From NCBI GenBank assembly GCA_051294375.1, contig JBJCIZ010000965.1, positions 1 to 10,258 of the forward strand: a DNA stretch of 10,258 nucleotides, read 5' to 3'. Both the position numbers and the translations under genes were made by a program. This DNA is from Paraspadella gotoi. Its lineage: Eukaryota; Animalia; Chaetognatha. The notes under the pieces were generated by a model. That model was not told where the DNA came from, searched no databases, and saw only the letters and a program-made list of their open reading frames with translations. Below are positions 1 to 8,826 of the stretch, piece after piece. Each line of letters begins with the position of its first letter. The stretch's first letter is position 1.

Positions 1-546
1 CCACACAGAGAGATGATTACAGCTAGCTCGTGATGTTGATGCGACCCCCATTCTTGACCTCTTATTCTATCACTTCTCTCGTACATTTCGCCATCACTCC
101 TCTTACTCTTTCATATTTCACATATTATATTTTCTTTTTTCTCTGCCATCTGGTGAAAGTGTTATCGATTGTATTGAGAGTGCGGGAGAAATTAGTCGGA
201 TGTTTTTCTTTTTCTTTATTTCTTTGTTGGCCTTCTGTATTTCTTTATTTATTCTTTTCTCAGAGAAAATAATGAAGGATATAAATATATCGAGTTTTTT
301 TTATAAACGAAAAAAGAGATGTTGATCGAACTTACTTCTTTCTGACTTCTTTTTGTTAAATATGTGAATCTGCTTCTAAAACTGTAGACATTGTTTTCAT
401 TTCGTTGTTGCGCTCAAAGTATGATAGTGAATATTACAATAATTAAATTTTGTCTCGAGTCTGACAGAAACCTAATTCCACTGAACCTGCACTAACAGTG
501 AACACCGTCTCATTCACAGCGGCGGCCAAAACACAATCCTTAATCT

Positions 547-651
547 TTATTCTACCCCCCAGGATGGTTCTTCAACCGTGGGCTTCTCATCCCGTAGGCG
601 AAGTTCTTGGTCGTCGCTTCTCAATCGTCGTCTTCGTGGGGCTTTGTTGTC
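547..651 (-). CDS. Candidate terminal exon (DNKAPRRRRLRSDDQELRLRDEKPTVEEPSWGVE*)
   Basis: Preceded on the minus strand by a long pyrimidine-rich tract and CTGAAAG|. Open in phase 0 with charged, protein-like composition; TAA at 549-547. Confidence 0.35.
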   Translation of the reverse strand, partial: DNKAPRRRRLRSDDQELRLRDEKPTVEEPSWGVE

Positions 652-920
652 CTTTCAGTGGAGTGAGTGAAGGAAGTGAGGAATGAAAGCTGATTGGAAT
701 GTGAGATTGTAATTGATGAAAGTGAGAGCGAAGTGAAGAGGTTGAGTGTGAGTGCGTCAGGTGGGAACGTGCGACTCGATTTGACAGTGAAAATAAAGTC
801 GTGTGAGTGGGAGTGATGAGCTTTCGAGTTGATGAAGTGAAGGATGTTAATCGCCCGAGGCCTGAGGTCGTCCGTGAACTCACGTAAAAATAGTTATGAA
901 GATCACGGTCGGAATATTAC

Positions 921-957
921 CTCGAAAGAGTTTCCCCGGTGAAAATTGGTGGTATCA
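921..957 (-). CDS. Candidate 37-nt exon (DTTNFHRGNSFE)
   Basis: TCTTCAG| acceptor and GAG|GTAATA donor; phase 2 in, phase 0 out, compatible with both neighbours. Confidence 0.38.
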
Positions 958-1224
958 CTGAAGATTTTCGTTTGAGATTGGCTTTCTTATTTATTTACGT
1001 AAATTTTCTAAACGATCAATATTTGAAATTTTGTAATCGATACATCATTCAGTGATAATTCGTTAATTTAATTTTTTTCAGTTCACTTGTTCGTGCAGGA
1101 ATGTATCTCTCTATCTCTTGACAGGTCTAATCCTTTTGACACATAATTTTCAATTGAAAATAAATTTATCAATCATGATCATCACACCTCAGATATTTCT
1201 TCAGATCGGCCCTCATGTGTTTAC

Positions 1225-1398
1225 CCGCCAAATTGAGCGTTCATGGCGCCGGAACGTCCTCTCACAAATGCACGGCTGGTGGCACGGAATGGATGGGGCG
1301 TCGTCGTTATCGTATTTACGGGGCCCTGTTGCTGTTGGCTGGACAAAGGTGGGTAAACTTCAAATGACGTAGATGCTCCGTTTCGTATTTTCCGAGCT
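1225..1398 (-). CDS. Candidate exon (ARKIRNGASTSFEVYPPLSSQQQQGPVNTITTTPHPFRATSRAFVRGRSGAMNAQFG)
   Basis: AAGTAG| acceptor at the island edge, GG|GTAAAC donor, 174 nt in phase 2-2, joining in frame to 957-921. Confidence 0.38.
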
Positions 1399-1558
1399 CT
1401 ACTTAATTATTAATCATATTATATGTGTTATAAGGGAAGAAAAGATGCAGAGGATGCTTCGCGTTTAAATTGGAATTATTTAAAAACACTTCTCAGATCC
1501 AAGCACCAAGATCGAAGGACGAACCAGTTTCGGCCTAACGGATCGTCGGAGAACTTAC

Positions 1559-1708
1559 CATAAAGGTTGCCTTTTCGAAGGCGCCTACCAAAGTTGACCA
1601 AAAACAATCAAACCAAGCTTGACTCATTAATAATCTACATCTCTCGCCATCCAACTCGACCGCGAGAGCGAGTGAAGTAAATAACCAACCGTCTAAAGAG
1701 GGCGCTTT
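1559..1708 (-). CDS. Candidate exon (KAPSLDGWLFTSLALAVELDGERCRLLMSQAWFDCFWSTLVGAFEKATFM)
   Basis: AAATAG| acceptor at the AT/GC boundary, consensus donor TG|GTAAGT, 150 nt open in phase 0-0. It is not phase-compatible with the 1398-1225 exon, so its connection is unresolved. Confidence 0.25.
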
Positions 1709-2222
1709 CTATTTAATATTTTTGAAATGAGATAAATAGCGGTATGCGAGAGTTATTACAAATGTTTTAATTTCCTTATTGGAACTTTATGTCATTAATA
1801 ATCTTAGTGGTTTTTAAATATCTGAATGCTGTTTGGGGTCGGGGATTTTTCAATTGTAATGATTTTGACGCGATTACGATAAAAAATTTTATAATTAAGC
1901 GGGTGTTTTTAGTGCTTGATATTAACTTTTAAATTTCCTAATTAATATATTGTTTTATTGGTTATAGTTATTCGCAGACTTTTATCTAATTTTAACAAAT
2001 ACTTATATAACGATTATGGGTTGGCGCTTTGGAAAGAGGATCATAGGCATGTCATATATTATTTTTTTTAATTATGAAATTGGTACAACCAATATAAAAA
2101 ATTATCCAGTTCATTTAATTAAATAAGGCTATCTTTGCCCCTGACTTTGGACAGGCTTTGGTGGTTTAAAGGCCTCCATCACTCTTAACAAGATAATGAA
2201 TAGCAAAGGTTCCCTGCAAGCT

Positions 2223-2316
2223 TCAATCATTATATCAATCATTATATCTAATTATTATATTATATATATTATATAATTATATTAATATTATAATATATAT
2301 ATAATTATATAGATAT
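2223..2316. repeat. 12-bp tandem duplication (TCAATCATTATA x2) running into an almost pure AT quasi-palindromic tract
   Basis: Direct reading: 2223-2246 is the tandem pair, then ATATCTA...TAGATAT flanks TA/TTA repeats. Confidence 0.75.
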
Positions 2317-3060
2317 TTGTAAAAAGTTATAAACTAATGACTTCAAAAGAACGAAAAAATTTTGAAGTTCCAGGTGGTTGAAGCCCCTGACTGATTGATT
2401 GTCGATAATTGATTGAACGTTTTGATATTCTCATTTATACGTAGTAGACTAGTAGTGTATAATATAGTATATTAGATATACTGGGACCCTTTTTGAATTC
2501 ATAAAAAGGCTATGAATCTATTCCAAACTTATAAATATCAAACCCAAAAATAAATTTGTCTAATGTTGCTGGAGAACATTGTACGTTAAGACTTGACGCA
2601 TTTGTTTTTAAGTATAACGAGTGTTTTATTCCTTTTATCATTTTAATTGGCATGAAAAACTGAAACTGAATAAAAAAGTGCGGAATTTTCTAATGAAGAC
2701 CATTTTTTTTCTTATTTCTATTGTTCATATTTCTTAGCGAGCGTAGAGAAAGCGTTTGACTAAAGCGAGTATGAAATATGGGCAGCCTCGCTTCCATTTA
2801 TGACCTCGGGGCTCATTAGTTACGGCAAGGAAAGAGAGAGAAAGAGAAGATTTCCCTGGGGAGGAAAGGTTAAAGAAATAAGAAATAGATGAATCATGCT
2901 AAGTGGTTTTCCGTTAGAAAAAGTATGAAAGAATAAATTATATCAATACAAGTATTACGCCGTCCAAAAAGGCGCAGTTGAAGCTGGCTATAAGGGGACA
3001 GTTTCAACTGCCACCCTCTTTCTGTCACGAAAACTGTCCTTCTTTTCCCCTGTTTTAGGG

Positions 3061-3166
3061 AATCCCCGCACTATTTTTTATGGGGATTAACATTTGAAGC
3101 CCTCAGCATTATCCACCGTGAATCCCCGCCATCTATTTTTGAATGGGGATTGACATTTGAAGCCCT
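3061..3166. repeat. Two-copy ~60-bp tandem repeat, each unit carrying an AATCCCC...GGGGATT hairpin
   Basis: AATCCCCGCACTATTTTTTATGGGGATTAACATTTGAAGCCCT (3061-3103) versus AATCCCCGCCATCTATTTTTGAATGGGGATTGACATTTGAAGCCCT (3121-3166). Confidence 0.85.
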
Positions 3167-3984
3167 ATCCCGGCCCGAAATCAACCAAAATCTGTTCATC
3201 ATAGGCATCCTTGTATAAAATATTTTTAACTTGAAAACAATAAAAAATATTAATGATCCTAATTTAAAAATAAATAATATATTTGGCTTGATGGCTAGAA
3301 ATAGATTCGGTCTTTGCTACCAGAAAAAAAATTTGAAAGTTAGTAAAAAATAATTTATTCCATAAAGAATTAGCACAGTACTTTCGAAGACTTCTGTCTT
3401 CCTCTAAGGTACAAACTTAAAATGAAAAAAAATTGTATCTATTAGTTCACATAACTTGCTTCACAAAGTCCTTCCCTCTTACTATTTTTAATCATAATAA
3501 GTTTCCTTTCTTATAAATTTCTATGTGTCAGTTAAAAACATTGTCCTTCTAAAATAAACAGTTCTGGAAAGTTTTACATAAAAAAACCTTTTAGTATATT
3601 AAAAAATTTTTTTTCACTTTGAATAAAAGAAAATGTTGAAGGAATAATTATTAAATATAAATAATTCAAAAAATAAAAAAAAAATCTATTCAGTTTAAAA
3701 AACATTTATTGTTTCAGTTCATTTTTGTAGATAAATTTATTATATAAAAATTTTTATTTTTTATTTTTTTAGTTGCAGCAAACACTAGAAAAAATATAAA
3801 CAACCTATAAATATTACCTAATTCCTAACTCAAACCCAGTCTTTAACAAAACAAGTTTGAGCAAAACCAATGTCAATCTGCCACGATCATTTAGTAAAAT
3901 TTAATTTAATTAAATCAGTTAAAACTTAATTAAGATTAAGTGAAAGTTAATCTGTTTGCAACAAACTTGATTGATAGATTGCTT

Positions 3985-4182
3985 GTTTTTTCTTTTTTCT
4001 TTTGTCTCTATCTTTCTTTTATTTTTTTCTTTATTTTTATTTCCTTCTTCCTTTTTTTCTTCTTTTTTTTCCTTTCTATCTTTCTATTTTCTTTCTTAAC
4101 TTTTATTTGTTTTTTCATATCTTTTCTTTCGTTTCTTCTTCTCGAGAGAGAAAGAGAACACAGAGGAGAGAGAGAGAGATAG
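3985..4182. repeat. T/C-rich low-complexity tract switching abruptly at CTCGAG (4141-4146) to a GA-rich tract
   Basis: Directly visible; it explains the Phe-rich spurious ORFs 3940..4182 and 4002..4277. Confidence 0.85.
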
Positions 4183-4801
4183 ATAAGTGGCCCACTTGGT
4201 TCTCTGTCCCGTCAAAATTTGGGGTGCGGGGATTTGCGGGAATGATAATCCCCGGGCGAAGGCCGCCGCAGGCGTAAGTTGCGGTGAACTTATAGTTCTC
4301 TTCCCCGAAACGCGGCGAAGTTTAACAGTTTAAACTGCAAGGATATGCTCCGCGAAATATCTCATCATATAAAGAATATTAAAAAAGAAAGAAAAAAAAG
4401 AGTGAAAAAGGATAATCTAAAAATAATTTAACATTGGGGCCGGTGGATTAACGGGTTCCTTTTTTTAGGAAAATAATTGAAAGAATACATAAATGTTAGA
4501 AAGAAAAGAGATAGGAAAAAGATAGAAATTGAAAAAAAAGGGAGGAAGACTAAACTGAGCTAGAAACAGGTCAATAGAAAAGGGAATACATAAAAACCTT
4601 GTTCTGGAAAATAAAGAAAATATTTAAAGAAAAAATCAATAGACGCAGCAAAAAAAAAATGGATGGCAGGGTCAGAACTATGCGTTTCCTGAGGATAAAA
4701 CATCTAAAAAACAAGAAACAGTATTCAATGTGTTTGCGCGAGGTAACTGACTTAATCTCATGATTGGACCTGAGAGTGACATGAATACCATGATACAATA
4801 C

Positions 4802-5062
4802 TTTTTTTAGCTTGTGTATTTATGAACATGCACTGCTCAAAACGTTTTTATTGTTTAGTTTTACGATTCCTGAAGGGCGGCGGCGAGCAGTCCATCTTGG
4901 ATTTTGAGGTTTTTTCTGTCTTACAAATGAGCACCAACTATAGGCATTATAATGCATTTTTAACGTAAGTGGGACGGACAGACATACCGACAGACCAGAC
5001 TCGAACAGATGACTTAGAACTTTATGACTTTAAGCGAAGTACTCACGGCGCAACTAAAAAAA
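4802..5062 (-). mobile_element. Non-autonomous Helentron/DINE-1-like (HINE) or MITE-like repeat
   Basis: The ends are inverted: TTTTTTTAGCTTGTG at 4802 versus the reverse complement of the right end, TTTTTTTAGTTGCG (9 bp perfect). A degenerate GTCY-type microsatellite (GGACGGACAGACATACCGACAGACCAGAC, 4972-5000) lies near one end. The internal GGCGGCGGCGAGCAGTCCATCTTGGATTTT (4876-4905) resembles the CAAGATGGCGGC/GCCATCTTG motif common in such invertebrate repeats. Confidence 0.5.
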
Positions 5063-6199
5063 TGACTATCGAAAGAATCTAACTAATAAGTTTTTTTTGG
5101 GAGGGGCTGGGAAGGAGGAGCGAGAACAGAAGAAGGAAAAAAATCGCTCTCGTGAACGTGGTAGAACGTAAGCCCTATGTCGTTCCACAGTGTCAGCACA
5201 GGTTATTTGAAGATTGATTTTGTGGAGCGGGGAAGCGGCGTCGGCGACGACGAAAACGAAACAATGAAAAATAGCGAAGAAGGACGGAGGCGGTCGAATC
5301 GGTCACTGACAGCCATAATGCGACGCCGAACGGACAAAGCTTGGAGATATTTTTTTTTTTGCATTTATTATTGAATGGAATAGTGGCAATGTTGACCGTA
5401 GTAATAAGGATTAGGGTTCTTTTTTGTTTTTCCCAAAACGGAGCTATTTTACGAAAAAGAGCATCAATTTTGACAACTTTAGTTTTTGAGCAAACTTCAT
5501 TTCATAAATTTCGAATTAATAAACAAGTCGATTAGAAAATGCTGGGTTTTTATAATTTTTTTTTGCAATATTTTAATAATAAATCATTGCATCAGTATGA
5601 TTTTAAAAAAGACCATCAAGTTTCACGAGCTTCCCTTCAAAAATACGAGTGACACTGACACAACCCTAAATTCTGAATAAAATTCTTGAAAAAAATGACA
5701 GTTACTTGTATAAATATTTTATTTGGCATGTCGAGCAAGAAGAGATCGTCAGTTGTAAATATTGTGTCAGCAAAAAATACTGCTTGGACATAACAGTTAG
5801 TTTTCAAAAACAGAGAAAATTATTGGCACACCAGATACCGGCTGCTGGACGCGACAAATGTATGGAATTCTTTAAGTATTTCTTTTATTAGTTCTATTTT
5901 CCTTCTTTTATTTAGTTTCCATCTTGTTCTTCATATAATGAGATATCGGGACTTGGCCCTAACTTTAAAATTTAATAATAACGTCACTTAAAAATATTTC
6001 TTTCTCCAAAAACTAAATCGAAAACTAGTAATTTTTCCACCTCATTGTCTTCTGCCCTGTATTCTTATTCAGCACTTTTCTTTCCCGCCATTATTTTCCT
6101 CCGTTTTTTCCCATATTGTTCTTTCCGCCTTGGTTTTTATCTTTGGTTTTTATCGTCCGTTTTTTCTGTTTAGATTTTCTCCTTCTCTCTAGGAGGTAC

Positions 6200-6226
6200 C
6201 CCGGCTTGTGAATCACTCGAGATGGC
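6200..6226 (-). CDS. Candidate small exon E (AISSDSQAG), or a terminal exon reading on to TAA at 6172-6170 (AISSDSQAGVPPREKEKI*)
   Basis: Very strong acceptor TTTTACTTTTCTTTTTCCTTTCAG|, open in phase 0; possible weak donor GGG|GTACCT. Confidence 0.35.
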
Positions 6227-6606
6227 CTGAAAGGAAAAAGAAAAGTAAAAATTTCAACCTTTTAAACCATTTGCCTATAATCAGTACTATCTTGTTTTAG
6301 AGTCATTTAATTTGGCAGAAGGTTAGTTTTGTTTGATAAGTAATTTTTTAATCTTTACATGCAAATAAGATTTTAAAAAAAATATCGAGAAAACATGATT
6401 TTTTTAAAAAAAAATTAATTCCTAATTTTTTGAGAACTTCTGACTCCATCAAAGTTGACTAAACAAATTGACATGTGAAACACCTAAATTCAATCCGTTA
6501 TTGTATTATATATTCACCCATTGACCACCAACCTGAACACCCCTTCTTTCCTCTCCCCCATATCCCTTTATCTTCCCTCATCTTCTCTCTTCGCCCTTCC
6601 ACCCAC

Positions 6607-6684
6607 CTCCCTAGCTTTGGCCAAATTTGCCATTTTTAACCGAATGTTAAGCAATATAAGTACAAATTGTGCATCGACCATGAA
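6607..6684 (-). CDS. Candidate exon D (FMVDAQFVLILLNIRLKMANLAKARE)
   Basis: ATTTAG| acceptor with a weak pyrimidine tract, GAG|GTGGGT donor, 78 nt, open only in phase 0-0, which matches the phase-0 end of exon C. Confidence 0.27.
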
Positions 6685-7374
6685 CTAAATTTTTTTTCCG
6701 CCATCATTTTTTATTTGAAAAAATTTTATAATTGCTACCACTCTCAAAAAACTAAAAATATTGTTTTTTGAAACAAAATTTTTTAATGATGTCCGTCCTA
6801 AATCAATTGTATCACCAGTCTCATCTTCAAGAGCGCAAAAAAATACGATATAAAAATTGCAGAGATAACTTGTTGTTTCTAATTAGAACTTTAAAAATTT
6901 TAATATTTTAGATACCATTATTAATCTAATTTATATAAACTTTCTTCATATTAATTTTAAGTTAAATTAGTGAATTTTCAAAGTAATTTTTCTAATTAAT
7001 GCTAAATAACATAACGAAAACTTTTGTTAAAAATTTAAAAATAATCACGACCCTATAGAAGATTTTAAAAAGGGCTTTAATTTGCAATAATAATATAAAT
7101 TTTTACTGCTTTTTCTAACCGCTACAAGTTTTTTTAAGTATGAAAAAGTTCCGCTAAAATAGATTTCTGACCCTAAATTTATAAATAAGATAAATCCATT
7201 AATTGATTTATTTTTGGTAAGCAAATGTAACAATATACTTTAAAACCTTGATAATTTATATGCATACATACAAGCGCAGTCCAACAACCCCTTCTCTGCC
7301 TCCCCCACATCCCTCACTTCCCCCATCTTCTCATCATCGCCCTCCACCCCCCGCTTCCCCACCATCCCCCACAC

Positions 7375-7517
7375 CTGAAAGCCCTCGTTGTCCGTGATAG
7401 ATGTCGCTTCCCTCCTCTTCCTTCGCCCCCCTCTTCCTCCTCGTACTTCTGAAGAGAATTGTTTCAACTCGAGTCCGTCTCTGTCTGGATCCTGTTTGAT
7501 TCCAATCGCGAAATTCT
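7375..7517 (-). CDS. Candidate exon C (NFAIGIKQDPDRDGLELKQFSSEVRGGRGGRRKRREATSITDNEGFQ)
   Basis: Acceptor TATTTTGTTCCAG| sits at the AT/GC boundary and the donor is CAG|GTGTGG. The exon is 143 nt and open; a second frame is also open. It overlaps track ORF 7240..7467. Confidence 0.45.
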
Positions 7518-7611
7518 CTGGAACAAAATATATAAATTAATTAATTAATTTAATTAACATTAAATATAACATAACAATAATATGATCTTGTGGCGAATTC
7601 TAGAATTTAGC

Positions 7612-7697
7612 CTCCCGTAATAGCTTGAGAAAGTCCGGCTCGTCCCATTGGCTGGACGGGTAATAAGTACTCGTTCATCCGGTTCATTAATGAAAAC
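7612..7697 (-). CDS. Candidate exon B (FSLMNRMNEYLLPVQPMGRAGLSQAITG)
   Basis: The island starts exactly at acceptor ATATAG| after AT-rich DNA. This frame needs a GC donor (GAG|GCTAAA at 7611). An alternative frame (VFINEPDERVLITRPANGTSRTFSSYYG) is also open. Confidence 0.33.
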
Positions 7698-7784
7698 CTA
7701 TATATCATATCTGGATGATAACATATATGTAAATATTTATATGAAAAAATATAAATATTGAAAAAACCAACAGGACGAAATTAC

Positions 7785-7877
7785 TGATTCTGACTAAAGA
7801 AAGAGCCGGTTTTGAACGGGTCGCTCGAATGAAGACGAAATGTCATGAACGAAGACCGTCCGCCAGGGGACTTCTTT
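7785..7877 (-). CDS. Candidate exon A of an unidentified minus-strand gene (KKSPGGRSSFMTFRLHSSDPFKTGSFFSQN)
   Basis: GC-richer island with acceptor TTTTTTCTCCAAG| and donor CA|GTAATT. It ends in phase 2, compatible with the next candidate exon. The 5' boundary is uncertain. Confidence 0.3.
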
Positions 7878-7949
7878 CTTGGAGAAAAAAAGTCACCGAC
7901 AACCCTTGATTCCTCGATCCCTGGTGTTACCCTTCTTCTCTCCGTAATG

Positions 7950-8041
7950 ATATAACGTCATAATAATATATAATGATATAAAGATATAAATAATTAAATA
8001 AAATATATAAATATATTAATATAAATATATAATAATATAAA
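7950..8041. repeat. AT-rich low-complexity tract (ATATA/AAT repeats)
   Basis: Directly visible, almost no G or C. Confidence 0.8.
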
Positions 8042-8323
8042 GAGGCAATCTAACGTAAAAAGTTTCGTCATGTCAACTTATTTTCAAATGTTAAGAAATT
8101 AAGCGTTACAATTAAAAAAAAAAAAATTAATCTCATATAAATTCCTCACGCATTGGGCCTCGTTATTATTCAACAAGATTTATTTGCGCTTTTTTAGTCC
8201 GCAATATTGAATAAACTTTAAAAAAACATTAAAGCACGAAAAGGAATTATTTTCAATATCTTTGAACGTGTCCTGCATTTTCTGACTTCCCACGAAAATA
8301 ATCTAATTTAATTGTATCTGCGT

Positions 8324-8402
8324 TTCTCTCTCTCTTTCTCTCTTCTCTCTCTTCCTGTCTCTCGACCGGGGAATTTAATTCTCATCCCTCTCTCTTCTTT
8401 TT

Positions 8403-8433
<31 letters not shown>

Positions 8434-8546
8434 GGTTGAGCTACGAAGTTACACACAAGAGCTCTACCTCTCTCTGCCTCATCTTCTCTCTCCTCTCTCC
8501 TCTCATCTCTCCATCGTCTCTGCGTTCAGTCGTTCCTCTCTCTCTC
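8324..8546. repeat. CT/GA-rich low-complexity tract including a perfect (TC)12 at 8403-8426
   Basis: Directly visible TC dinucleotide runs and degenerate CT repeats. Confidence 0.9.
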
Positions 8547-8561
8547 GAACGAACAACACGT
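8526..8561 (+). promoter_or_regulatory. Putative internal Pol II promoter of the LINE (Inr plus DPE-like element)
   Basis: TCAGTC matches the arthropod-type Inr TCAGTY (A+1 = 8528). ACACGT at 8556-8561 (about +29 to +34) resembles the downstream ACGT-containing element of jockey/I-type promoters, but is an imperfect DPE match. Confidence 0.4.
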
Positions 8562-8826
8562 ATGCTCCGATCATTGAATTATTTTTTCCTTAAAATCCGG
8601 ACTTAGAAAATTTCCGTAACAGGGGCTCGCGACTATGTAACACGAGTAAGTACCGCATTAAGTCATCTAAGTCTAACCTCACTACTAACATAATTCTTAT
8701 TATAGTACAGTATTATTCACTGGCGTAACAAGTCGAATACGCCAGAAAATCAGCTGAGGATACGAGATCCCGCAACAAAGAACAGTGCATTACAGACCAA
8801 GAAAGCGACTTTGTCAATTTTGTTAA

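Noticed and set aside
30-272. 80-aa hydrophobic ORF; likewise 4571..4798, 5341..5891 and 7045..7233
   Set aside because: Short AT-driven chance ORFs without recognisable motifs.
587-883. 98-aa Ser/Thr/His-rich minus ORF
   Set aside because: GTG start, and it mostly translates a CA/CT-rich tract better explained as intron; a different frame fits the exon chain.
1535-1558. 24-nt micro-intron GTAAGT…CGTTAG on the minus strand
   Set aside because: Much shorter than the other candidate introns, and the joined frame soon stops (AETGSSFDLGAWI*).
2137-2392. 10-bp direct repeat GCCCCTGACT (2137-2146, 2383-2392) as a target-site duplication
   Set aside because: No terminal inverted repeats or poly(A) tail inside it; cannot be distinguished from chance.
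3061-3166. CRISPR-like palindromic repeat
   Set aside because: Only two imperfect copies, a ~17-bp gap, no cas genes, and a eukaryotic context.
3940-4277. Track ORFs 3940..4182 and 4002..4277 resembling membrane proteins
   Set aside because: The Phe/Leu richness comes from a T-rich low-complexity tract; non-ATG starts and no domain.
5706-5779. Possible minus-strand exon (FFADTIFTTDDLFLLDMPNKIFIQ, donor GTAACT)
   Set aside because: Weak acceptor and not phase-compatible with the preceding candidate exon.
8312-8593. 93-aa Ser/Leu-rich ORF
   Set aside because: It is a translation of the CT microsatellite tract.
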